This document shows, one piece after another, positions 1 to 9,073 of a DNA stretch of 32,635 bases. The notes beneath the pieces are model-generated. The model worked only from the letters and a program-made list of their open reading frames with translations, was not told the DNA's origin and did not search any database. The stretch covers positions 1 to 32,635 of the forward strand of contig JBBILZ010000026.1 of NCBI GenBank assembly GCA_037444665.1, read 5' to 3'. Numbering within the stretch: position 1 is the stretch's first letter; the number at the start of each line of letters is the position of its first letter. Source of the stretch: a candidate division WOR-3 bacterium (GTDB lineage Bacteria > Hydrothermota > Tepidihabitantia > SM23-42 > JAOAFX01). The translations under genes were made by a program, and so were the position numbers.

Positions 1-2
1 CC

Positions 3-386
3 CCAATTTACTGGAGGTTCCCAGTTTCCAGAAAACCAACCACTACAGCGCATCGCCACTACCTTCGGAACCTGAAAAGTAGTAAAGGAAATATATGGGT
101 TGACACTGGCAAGGGTATTTATCATCAACCAGGGTGGTCCGAACTGGAAATTATAGACATTCTCATCGTGAAACCAGTTGGATAGGTCTCCGGGCGCAGA
201 ATGGACATTTATGGGACCTACCTGATATGCCAAATGGCTAATTAAAATCGCATCTACAGATGAATCGTAAGATATAACATTGCCCATCTGGGTCCAGAGT
301 GCCTTTGCGCAAAATGACGAATCTATCACTATCTGGGCATAACCTGCAGAGATAATAGCGCAAAGGAATAGAATTCTTAACAACAT
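3..386 (-). CDS. Secreted hypothetical protein, N-terminal part (runs off the left edge)
   Basis: Not in the ORF track. ATG at 386 preceded by GGGAGG; translates MLLRILFLCAIISAGYAQIVIDSSF...GNWEPPVNWG with no stop; signal-peptide-like N-terminus (..GYA|Q). Confidence 0.75.
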   Translation of the reverse strand, partial: MLLRILFLCAIISAGYAQIVIDSSFCAKALWTQMGNVISYDSSVDAILISHLAYQVGPINVHSAPGDLSNWFHDENVYNFQFGPPWLMINTLASVNPYISFTTFQVPKVVAMRCSGWFSGNWEPPVNW

Positions 387-440
387 ATTTCGCCTCCCTT
401 CTACCAATAGTGAGTTATTTTTAAAGGGGGTGGACTATAA

Positions 441-653
441 TCAAAATGTCCACTCCTTATAATTTGGAGGACCCTCTACAATAGTTCCATTGATGCAAGT
501 TACCACTGGTATCTCTTGTCCAATGGGTGTCCAACTCTCACCACAATCAGTGGACTTAAAAAGACACCCGCCTGCAACAGCATAAATCGCCTCTCCTGCA
601 TAAAGCAGGGTGGAGCAAGCAAAAATGCTCAAACTTCCTATAATTTTCTTCAT
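441..653 (-). CDS. Small secreted protein with one BNR/Asp-box motif
   Basis: Strong SD (AAAGGAGG) upstream; signal peptide MKKIIGSLSIFACSTLLYA; KSTDCGESW fits the Asp-box S-x-D-x-G-x-x-W. Confidence 0.7.
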   Translation of the reverse strand: MKKIIGSLSIFACSTLLYAGEAIYAVAGGCLFKSTDCGESWTPIGQEIPVVTCINGTIVEGPPNYKEWTF

Positions 654-849
654 TTTAATCCTCCTTTAAGGCAGACGATTCAGGCTGAAAGCCGTTGTGA
701 TAAGGTCTTTGTCCGCCTTATCTCGGACAGCTCAACCACCTGGTGCCTCCCCAGAAGGATTAATTAATAATGAAGAATCGTAAGTAAGGTTAGGTAGCTT
801 ATCCCTATCCGGTTATTTCCGGTCATAAATTACCCTTTATTTATAATAT

Positions 850-877
850 ATTATAACTCAATTTCGTGAAATGTCAA
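850..877 (-). promoter_or_regulatory. Sigma70 promoter TTGACA-N16-TATAAT for the secreted-protein genes
   Basis: Perfect consensus hexamers on the minus strand (tgtcaa 872-877, attata 850-855). Confidence 0.7.
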
Positions 878-1048
878 GGGCCAGCAGCAAACTGAATTCT
901 CTCCACTTTTTTTTGACTCATTGTCTGGCTTTTGCCAGAATAGAATACGTCATAATGGAGTAGCGATTTTAATCGCATGAACCACTGGAAAATTATCTGT
1001 TAAAGAATTTTTGAGAAAGAAGAATGTCTGCCCCTACGAGAAGTAGGC

Positions 1049-2440
1049 TCAGGTGTTTATTATATGGATCGCCTTTTTATAAAAATTTTCTGCTGCCTCG
1101 CCAATGATTTCTGAGAGTGTGGGATGGGGATGTATGATTTCTGCCAGATCGCTGACCTTTAAATTTTTATCAATGGCGAGGGTTGCTTCGCCAATCAAAC
1201 TTGGTGATTCTGCGCCAAGGATGTGTATGCCTAAAATTCTGCCATCCTCTTCGGCAATAATCTTGATAAACCCTTCTGTCTCAAGCATAGATAAAGCCTT
1301 GCCTGAAGCACGATAAGGAAACCTGCCAATCTTTATTTTATAGTCCTGATTTATTGCTTCTTTTTCGGTTAAACCCACAGACGAGAATGGGGGAATGGTG
1401 AAGACGCAGGCAGGAATGCTATGCATTTTTTTTGTATTATTCAAACCAGCAATGATTTCCGCAACCTCAATACCTTGCTTTATAGCCTTGTGTGCTAATA
1501 ATGGCGGACCTGTAATATCGCCGATCGCAAAGATATTTTTTATATTTGTGCGATAAGAATCATCTATGACAATATAGCCTTTTTTGTCAATTTCCAAACC
1601 AAGGTCCTTAAATGCATAATCAGTTGGTCGCCTCCCTACAGTGATAAGAATTCTGTCAAATGTATCACTGATTATGTTATTTTGACATTTGATTTCTACA
1701 TTGATTTTTCCATTTAGAATTTTATGACTGCATACTGTGGAGTTCAATAATATTTCAATGCCCCTTTTCTTAAGTAACTTGAAGAGTTGCTCACACAATT
1801 CAGTCTCCATCCCTGGTAGAATCTGTTCCATTATCTCAACGACCTTGACTTTGCTACCAAGTGATGCATAGATTGTTGCAAGTTCAAGTCCACAGGCACC
1901 AGCACCCACAACAAGAAGATTTTGAGGAATGTCATTCAATTGCAATGCATCATCAGTATTGGTGATAAACTTTCCATCAAATTCAAAACCGGGTAAGGGG
2001 ATGATCTCGGTTCCTGTGGCAATCACAATAGTCTCTGCTTCAATCTGTTCAACCGTGCCATTATCTATCAATTCAATCTTATGCTCAGATAAGATTTTTG
2101 CCCTTGCCTTTTTCCAGATGACATTATTGCTCTTAAAAAGATATTCAATCCCGGTGCGCAGTCTTTTTACCACACCTTCGGTATGATTGCGGAGCACTGA
2201 TAGATCAAATCCTTGATTTTGAATCTTAAAACCGACCTTTTCTGCTTTTTTTAAATTGTCTGACAGTTCAGTGGTAAAGCTCAATGCCTTGGTAGGGATG
2301 CAACCACGATTCAGACAGACACCGCCGAGTTCTTTAGATTCAATGACCAGAACCTTTTTGTTTAATTGTCCGAGCCTGATGGCACAGGGATAACCACCAG
2401 GACCAGCACCGATAATCACAACATCGTATCTGTTATTCAT
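1049..2440 (-). CDS. lpdA: Dihydrolipoyl dehydrogenase (E3)
   Basis: GAGPGG FAD motif, GGVCLNRGCIP redox disulfide, second Rossmann GAGACG, C-terminal HPHPTLSE. Confidence 0.95.
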   Translation of the reverse strand: MNNRYDVVIIGAGPGGYPCAIRLGQLNKKVLVIESKELGGVCLNRGCIPTKALSFTTELSDNLKKAEKVGFKIQNQGFDLSVLRNHTEGVVKRLRTGIEYLFKSNNVIWKKARAKILSEHKIELIDNGTVEQIEAETIVIATGTEIIPLPGFEFDGKFITNTDDALQLNDIPQNLLVVGAGACGLELATIYASLGSKVKVVEIMEQILPGMETELCEQLFKLLKKRGIEILLNSTVCSHKILNGKINVEIKCQNNIISDTFDRILITVGRRPTDYAFKDLGLEIDKKGYIVIDDSYRTNIKNIFAIGDITGPPLLAHKAIKQGIEVAEIIAGLNNTKKMHSIPACVFTIPPFSSVGLTEKEAINQDYKIKIGRFPYRASGKALSMLETEGFIKIIAEEDGRILGIHILGAESPSLIGEATLAIDKNLKVSDLAEIIHPHPTLSEIIGEAAENFYKKAIHIINT

Positions 2441-2449
2441 ATATTTATA

Positions 2450-2478
2450 AGTATATTCAAGTTTTGGAGTATGGTCAA
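2450..2478 (-). promoter_or_regulatory. Sigma70 promoter TTGACC-N17-TATACT for lpdA (near-leaderless)
   Basis: Hexamers at 2473-2478 and 2450-2455; only 9 nt between the -10 and the ATG, no SD. Confidence 0.6.
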
Positions 2479-2565
2479 TAGGTTTGAAATTACAAGTGGA
2501 GAAAATTCAGGTTTGAAGAAGATTCTTTTTGGGTGGATACCATGTCTTGGAACTCTGCATTATTA

Positions 2566-2593
2566 TTGACTTTATTTGTATTTTGAATAGTAT
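2566..2593 (+). promoter_or_regulatory. Putative sigma70 promoter TTGACT-N16-TAGTAT for the cyclase pair
   Basis: Hexamers at 2566-2571 and 2588-2593; SD-like AAAGGTGA before ATG 2668. Confidence 0.5.
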
Positions 2594-2667
2594 TTAAAGA
2601 GATATTTTTTTCCCGTTTCTGAGGTTATATTTATAAGCATGTATTTAGAGAAAGGTGAGATATAAAT

Positions 2668-5600
2668 ATGTTTGAGCATAAAAGATTTGTTACAATTCTT
2701 TACGCTGATATATCAGGATTTACTGACTTGACGAATAAAATTGGTGCAGAGAAGACAACCGATTTTATTAATGAGTGCTTTAATACAATTGATGGAATAA
2801 TACACCGCTATAATGGGAGTGTAATCAGACATGAAGGAGATAGAGTAATGGCAGTATTTGGCTATCCACTTGGTTTTGGCGATGATTCCAGCAATGCTCT
2901 TATGGCAGGTTTAAAAATTAAAGATGAAATTAAAAAGATGAGATATAAAATTGATATTCATATTGGCGTTGGTTCAGGCACAGTTCTGGTTAAAGATAAT
3001 AAGGTTTATGGCCAGCTAATTGATGAAGTTTCACTCCTTGAAGAAAATGCGAAGAGAGATGAAATTGTAGTTAATAACACCTGTTATAATATTAATAAAT
3101 GCTTTTTTAATTTTATTGAAGAAGAAAATGGTTTTCTGCTAATCGGTGCAAAAGCAGGTGAAAAGGGGTCTCCTGTAATTTTTGATACCTACATTGATGA
3201 ATTTACTACATTTAATGACGCTATTTTTAAAACACCCCAGTTTATCTTTGTCTCGGGACAGAAAGGAGCAGGCAAGTCTACCTTTATCAGGTATTCTTTG
3301 ACCAAAATAAATACCAACAACCAACTAAATATATACGAGATAGATTTTATTGCGCAAAACACTACTTATACACCATTTCTCAATGTTGTTTCTAAAATAA
3401 ATCCAGATTTTGATTGTTCCCACAAAGCCAAATTAGAAGGCGAAGACTACCAGTTGAGATTGTTTCGCGAAATGGCTGAGTTATTATTATACTCTTGTAA
3501 AGAAAATCCACTGGTTCTTGTTTTAAGAAACTTTGATATCATTGATGGTGTGTCAACTTTATTTATAAAATATCTTGCAAATGCAATAAAAAATGAAAAA
3601 ATAATATTAATTTTTGAAACCCGCAAAAAAGAAAGTCAGTTGTTTGAAAAAACTTCTGTTATTAAAAATATAAATCTCACGACGATTGAATTAAAGCCGA
3701 TGAGTAACGATATTATTCTCAAGATTATTACCAATATTCTGAATAATTATGAATTTACGGACGATTTTAAGGAAAATATAGTGGCATTATGTAGCGGTAA
3801 TCCATTCTGTGCGGTGGAAGTGGCAAATTTTATAAAAGATTCATATGCTCCCGGGACCAAACTGAAAGAGATTCCGTTTGTCAATCACATTAGACAAATA
3901 ACCCAGGCAATAGTTGATACAATCCCGGAAAAATATCTCTCGGGATTGCTGATTTTGAGCCTCTGGGACGGTGAAATTGACCTTTTGCTATGTCACAAAC
4001 TTATACCGGATACCGAGGCATTTTTGAATTTTTGTCAGGATAAAAATTTGTTATACAATGATGGCAAAAAATTATATTTTAAATCACAATTGATTAAAAG
4101 GACAATTTTTTTATTTCTTTCTCGCAAGATGGCACAGGGTCTCCATTACAAAATAGCGCAGGCAATCAAATCATATAAAAATAGTTCGGAGAACTATGGA
4201 ATTATCGCTTATCATCTCAAGGAAGCAAATGCGCGGGATGAATCACTTGAATATTTAAATCGGTGGGCTGAATATCTGTGGAAAGAACACCAATATGAGA
4301 AATGTCTGACGGTCTTTAACGACATATTGGAATTTATTCCTGATGAACAAATAGAACAAAAGTTAGAATTATTGTTAAAACAGGTGGAATTGTTGAACAT
4401 TTTGGGATACCGAGAACAGGAATTGCAGGAAATTGAGAATACTTTCAAAATTGCCACAGAAAAGCATTGTGAACAATTTTACAGCAGAATAAGTTACGCC
4501 CGGGCGCGCTATCTTGAAGCAACATCTAATTACGATGATGCGCTTAAGATTTATAATGAATTATACAAGACATCGCAGGATATATCACTGCTTGAGAAGA
4601 TCGGGATAAATTATTATTATAAAAATGATTTAAACACAGCAATGGATATATTTAATCAGTTGATGACAATGCTTGATGCTACTGATAATTATCTTTTGCT
4701 GGGCACGGTTTTAAACGACCTCGGTTTGTGTTATTGGAAGAAAGGAGAGAAAGACCGTGCATTGTATTATTACTCAAAGGCAAGGACTAATCTTGAGAGG
4801 GCAAACGATACAGCGGGTATAAGTAGGGTTATCGTAAATGTTGCTAATGTTTACTACTATCTTGGTAAAATAGAGCAGGCCCTGGTTAACTATCAAGAGG
4901 TTTTGAAAATTGCCAATAAAACCAATAATTTAAGTCTCACTGCGCAGGTTCTCTCCAATATGGGTGGCATATATATCCAGCTCGGAGATTACGAAGAGGC
5001 ACTAAAAATTTTTAATGAAGCATTAGAGATTGACCGCAAAACTCTGAATCTTAAGGGCGAGGCGATTAGACTTTCTAATATCGGTTGCATTTATGGTTTA
5101 ATTGGCGATATTAATAAAGCCTTAGAAAATTTTCTTGAAGCCCTGCATCTTGATGAAGAGATGAAAAATCTCTCCGGTATGGCAATCCGCCTTGGGAATA
5201 TCGCAAATTGTTTTGTAGAAAACGGTGACTATGACCAGGCTATTGACTATTTCATCAGGGCGGTTACAATATCTGAGCAGATGAATTTAAAGGATTATCT
5301 TGCTTATTATAATACTTACCTTGGGCTTGCTTATCTCAAGTATGGACAATTAGAAAAAGCACAGATACATCTTCTTCGGGGCAAGGAATTTTCTCTAAAG
5401 GCGAAGACACCTTCCTATGAAATAATCGCCAGTTCAAACCTCAGTCTTTATTATCTTAAAATTGGAGATAATGCCAAGGCATTGGCAAGTTCTGCCTGGG
5501 CAATTGAAAATTTGTTAAATTTATCCAATTTTGAAGGGAATAAAGAGCAACTTTATTTTACTCATTATGAAATCCTGAGACAGATGGGTAAGACATCAGA

Positions 5601-5748
5601 AGCGAATAGATATTTAAAAATGGCTTATGATGAAATTATTAATAAGGCAAGTAAGATTGTCAGTTCTGATTTCCAGAAACAGTTTTTGAATGCTAAAAGA
5701 AACCAGGACATTATTGAATCATGGAAACAGGTAAAGAATCAAGAATAA
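2668..5748 (+). CDS. Class III cyclase + STAND-type P-loop NTPase + TPR protein, subunit A (metal-binding half; degenerate Walker B)
   Basis: YADISGFT and HEGDRVMAVF cyclase motifs, Walker A GQKGAGKST, SGNPF motif, many C-terminal TPRs (e.g. LSNMGGIYIQLGDYEEALKIFNEAL). Confidence 0.88.
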   Translation: MFEHKRFVTILYADISGFTDLTNKIGAEKTTDFINECFNTIDGIIHRYNGSVIRHEGDRVMAVFGYPLGFGDDSSNALMAGLKIKDEIKKMRYKIDIHIGVGSGTVLVKDNKVYGQLIDEVSLLEENAKRDEIVVNNTCYNINKCFFNFIEEENGFLLIGAKAGEKGSPVIFDTYIDEFTTFNDAIFKTPQFIFVSGQKGAGKSTFIRYSLTKINTNNQLNIYEIDFIAQNTTYTPFLNVVSKINPDFDCSHKAKLEGEDYQLRLFREMAELLLYSCKENPLVLVLRNFDIIDGVSTLFIKYLANAIKNEKIILIFETRKKESQLFEKTSVIKNINLTTIELKPMSNDIILKIITNILNNYEFTDDFKENIVALCSGNPFCAVEVANFIKDSYAPGTKLKEIPFVNHIRQITQAIVDTIPEKYLSGLLILSLWDGEIDLLLCHKLIPDTEAFLNFCQDKNLLYNDGKKLYFKSQLIKRTIFLFLSRKMAQGLHYKIAQAIKSYKNSSENYGIIAYHLKEANARDESLEYLNRWAEYLWKEHQYEKCLTVFNDILEFIPDEQIEQKLELLLKQVELLNILGYREQELQEIENTFKIATEKHCEQFYSRISYARARYLEATSNYDDALKIYNELYKTSQDISLLEKIGINYYYKNDLNTAMDIFNQLMTMLDATDNYLLLGTVLNDLGLCYWKKGEKDRALYYYSKARTNLERANDTAGISRVIVNVANVYYYLGKIEQALVNYQEVLKIANKTNNLSLTAQVLSNMGGIYIQLGDYEEALKIFNEALEIDRKTLNLKGEAIRLSNIGCIYGLIGDINKALENFLEALHLDEEMKNLSGMAIRLGNIANCFVENGDYDQAIDYFIRAVTISEQMNLKDYLAYYNTYLGLAYLKYGQLEKAQIHLLRGKEFSLKAKTPSYEIIASSNLSLYYLKIGDNAKALASSAWAIENLLNLSNFEGNKEQLYFTHYEILRQMGKTSEANRYLKMAYDEIINKASKIVSSDFQKQFLNAKRNQDIIESWKQVKNQE

Positions 5749-8700
5749 AACCCTGCGTTATACTTTTTGCTGAGATTACGCAAATTGATACTTGGTTAAG
5801 TGAGATTGATACAGAAGAGTATGCTGAACTTTTGGGTTCAATATTTGAAAAACTTGACAATGCAGTAAATCTGTATGAGGGGCATATTGATAAACATGAA
5901 GGTAGGGTTTTGATGGCGACATTTGGAGTACCGATTGCTCACGAGGAGGATTCAGAGAGGGCTGTTAAAGCCGGACTGCTTATGCTTAATCAGCTTATGA
6001 AACTCAATCAGGAATTAAAAAAGCCCGTTGGTTTACGGATCGGAATAAATTTAGGCAGAGTTTATGCTTCCCATGTTGGTTCAAAAATTAAAACCGAGTT
6101 TACCGTTATGGGAGATGCGGTAAATTTTGCTGCAAGGATTATGGAACATGCTCGTGATTTTGAATTGCTGGTGAGCGATGAAATTTACCAGATTGTCAAA
6201 CCTTTGTTTGAGTTTTCGGAACCGGTGAAGATTTTACCGCAGGGGGCAAAGCAGGAGATTACCGTATACAATGCACTACGTCAGCGCACTGGTTTTGTTA
6301 AACGAAGAGGGATTGAAGGGCTTTCATCACCGCTTGTCGGAAGAAAATTAGAACTTGACCTGCTTTTAAAGTTTATGGAAGAATTATTTTCTGGCAAAGG
6401 AAATGTAGTAATTATTCTGGGTGAAGCAGGAGTAGGAAAATCAAGGTTGCTTGAGGAATTGTTCACCAGGTCTCTGAGCATCGGCTTAGAGCGAGTCAAA
6501 AATATCAACTGGTGTATTAGCAGATGTTCACCCTACAAAGAAACGGGATATTATGCATTTTTGGAGATAATCAAACAAATTTGTGATATACAGATTACAG
6601 ACAGCGAGATGCTGGTGATGTCAAAACTATTAGCGACAATTGAAAAACTTGCAGGAGACCGTGCCGAAGATATTTTTCCGTATATTGCCAATCTTTTTGA
6701 TATAAAACTTGTTGCCAGGTATGAAGAGAAGATAAAATATCTCAAACCCGAAGAGGTAAAACTGCAGACCCAGAGCGCTATTAAAACATTAATGCAGGTC
6801 TATTCAGAAAATGAGCCGACTGTCTACTGTATTGATGATTTGTATCTTGCAGATGATATTACGCTGGAGACATTGAAATTTTTACTTGAATCTAAAAGTT
6901 TGGGTAAATCATTAGTTATTCTTGTGTCCAGACCAGAAAAGGATAAACCTTTCTGGAAGATAAAAGAAAGATTGAAAAATGAATTAACGCTAAAAGAGAT
7001 AATATTAAAACCTCTAACCGAAGGTGAGACAAAAGAATTATCAAAGAATTTACTTAAAATTCCTAAACTTTCTGTTGAGATAATTAATAAAATTGTCCAG
7101 GAGTCTGGTGGGAATCCTTTTTTTCTTGAAGAATTGATCAAACTGTTGATATCAAAGGGCTTTCTTTTCCGCCGTGGTAATGAATGGCTGGCAAGTGATA
7201 GAGAGCTTGAATTTTCAATACCTTATACTATTGAAGGAATAATACAGGCATCATTTGATTCACTGGATGAGAACCTCAGGGGAGTGCTTTCTGAAATTTC
7301 TGTGCTGGGTCGGACATTCAATAAGAAGATATTACAGGCATTTACAAAATACTGGGATAATCTGGATGGCTTTCTGATAAAATTGAATGAGTTGGGTTAT
7401 ATATACTCAAGCAATGACCAGGATTATGCTTTTAGCCATGCCCTTGTGCGAGAGGCAATATATAAAAGTATTCCAGAAAAACAATTAATGAAATTACATC
7501 TTGCAATTGCACAGGCAATTGAATCCTTGTTTCCTGAACGGCTCAGTGAATTTTATGATATTCTTTTTGAGCATTATAATCTGGCAAATGAAAAAGACAA
7601 AGCAGTATTTTACGCATTGAAGGCAGGCGAGAAATGTATTAAACAGTATGCAAATACAGAAGCAATTAGTTATTATCTATATGTGCTTAAAGAATTAAGT
7701 GCGGATTATCCTGATAAAAACCAGGTGGAATTTGAGACCTTGAAAAAATTAGGCGGGATATACCAGACTATTGGAAAAAGTGATGATGCTTTTGAAATTT
7801 ATAATAAGGCATTGCAATTGACACAATCTAAAAAAGAAAAGGCTATAATTTTGAATTTAATTGCTGATACTTATCAGCGTATTAGCGAATATGAAGAGTC
7901 TTTGAACTGGTATAACAAGTCGCTAAATCTTTTAATTGATTTTTCTGAAAAAGACAAAGTTGATACTTATCTCGGTATTGCCTGGATACATTACATCAGA
8001 GGTGATTTAAACATTGCTCGAGAATTACTGGAAAATGTTTCAAATAGCATAAAAGACCTGCCCGGCATTGAATTAAGGGAGAAAATGGCAAGGCTTTACA
8101 ATCAACTTGGTGCAATCTATTCTCACTCTGGTGAATATGAAAAATCTTTTGATGCCTATAATAAGGCATTAAAGTTATATGAGATACTTGAGGATATTCC
8201 TGGACAGGCAGTTATCTTTAACAATATTCATGGACATTATACCCGACTGGGAGATTATTACCGTGCTCTTGAATACTTAAATAAATCACTGGAGATTGAT
8301 TTGAAAACCGGAAATCTTCTTGCGCGGGCGATTGCAACTTATAATATTGGACATACATATTTGCAAATAGGAGACCTGGAAAGGGCAGAGGAAAAATTTA
8401 ATGAGTATCTTGAAATAAATGCAAGAATCAACAATCAGCTGGGCAATGGCTATGGAAATATGGGATTGGGTATTATATATCTGGAGCGTGGAGATTTAAC
8501 GAAGAGTGAAACTTTCTTTAAGAAAGCGTATGAAATCTTTGATAAACTGCAAAGTTTAGCAATGAAGAGAACTGTATCAATGTATCTTGCTGAACTGGAA
8601 TTAGAAAAATCTAACTTTGATGCATCTTTTTCTATGTATGAAGAACTGAAAAAAGAGTTTGAAGAAACCGTTGACCCGGATGATATACTGGATTGTATTA

Positions 8701-9038
8701 TGGGACAGGCAAATGTGAGGATAAAACAAGGAATATATGAAAAACGCCTTGCTATTGCCCATTTTAATGCAGCGTATGAACTTCTTAAACAGGCAGAAGA
8801 ATATATAAATAAGACGATGGTCAACATTGAAACTAAATTTATTATCTATTTTTATCTAACAGAAGTTAATTACTATCTGACAAAGACTGGCGAGGCAATA
8901 GAATATTTTAACAGGGCAGAAAATTTAGTTCAGGTTATGATATCAAAGATACCAGAAGGCGAACCCAGGCAGAAGTTTTTAAATAAAAGAGTTTTCCGCG
9001 AGTATATTGAATTTAAAGATAGAGTGAAATCCCGATAA
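5721..9038 (+). CDS. Class III cyclase + STAND-type NTPase + TPR protein, subunit B (purine/transition-state half)
   Basis: LRIGINLG and FTVMGDAVNFAAR cyclase motifs, LVGR, Walker A GEAGVGKSRL, Walker B CIDDLYLAD, GGNPFFLEE, FSHALVREAIY, TPRs; overlaps the upstream gene by 28 nt. Confidence 0.9.
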   Translation: METGKESRIKPCVILFAEITQIDTWLSEIDTEEYAELLGSIFEKLDNAVNLYEGHIDKHEGRVLMATFGVPIAHEEDSERAVKAGLLMLNQLMKLNQELKKPVGLRIGINLGRVYASHVGSKIKTEFTVMGDAVNFAARIMEHARDFELLVSDEIYQIVKPLFEFSEPVKILPQGAKQEITVYNALRQRTGFVKRRGIEGLSSPLVGRKLELDLLLKFMEELFSGKGNVVIILGEAGVGKSRLLEELFTRSLSIGLERVKNINWCISRCSPYKETGYYAFLEIIKQICDIQITDSEMLVMSKLLATIEKLAGDRAEDIFPYIANLFDIKLVARYEEKIKYLKPEEVKLQTQSAIKTLMQVYSENEPTVYCIDDLYLADDITLETLKFLLESKSLGKSLVILVSRPEKDKPFWKIKERLKNELTLKEIILKPLTEGETKELSKNLLKIPKLSVEIINKIVQESGGNPFFLEELIKLLISKGFLFRRGNEWLASDRELEFSIPYTIEGIIQASFDSLDENLRGVLSEISVLGRTFNKKILQAFTKYWDNLDGFLIKLNELGYIYSSNDQDYAFSHALVREAIYKSIPEKQLMKLHLAIAQAIESLFPERLSEFYDILFEHYNLANEKDKAVFYALKAGEKCIKQYANTEAISYYLYVLKELSADYPDKNQVEFETLKKLGGIYQTIGKSDDAFEIYNKALQLTQSKKEKAIILNLIADTYQRISEYEESLNWYNKSLNLLIDFSEKDKVDTYLGIAWIHYIRGDLNIARELLENVSNSIKDLPGIELREKMARLYNQLGAIYSHSGEYEKSFDAYNKALKLYEILEDIPGQAVIFNNIHGHYTRLGDYYRALEYLNKSLEIDLKTGNLLARAIATYNIGHTYLQIGDLERAEEKFNEYLEINARINNQLGNGYGNMGLGIIYLERGDLTKSETFFKKAYEIFDKLQSLAMKRTVSMYLAELELEKSNFDASFSMYEELKKEFEETVDPDDILDCIMGQANVRIKQGIYEKRLAIAHFNAAYELLKQAEEYINKTMVNIETKFIIYFYLTEVNYYLTKTGEAIEYFNRAENLVQVMISKIPEGEPRQKFLNKRVFREYIEFKDRVKSR

Positions 9039-9073
9039 TACCCTGTGCCGGATAAATAATAATTTAATTTTTA

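Noticed and set aside
516..767. 83-aa plus-strand ORF and the many short ORFs antisense to or nested in long genes
   Set aside because: They overlap well-supported genes, lack SDs and show no recognisable motifs; treated as shadow ORFs.
963..1037. GCGATT-TT-AATCGC palindrome and TGTCTGCCCCTAC, resembling REP-like GTAG elements
   Set aside because: Single short or half copies with no transposase in the window; not enough to call.
1049..2440. lpdA without E1/E2 or glycine-cleavage neighbours
   Set aside because: Stand-alone E3 genes are common and all motifs are canonical.
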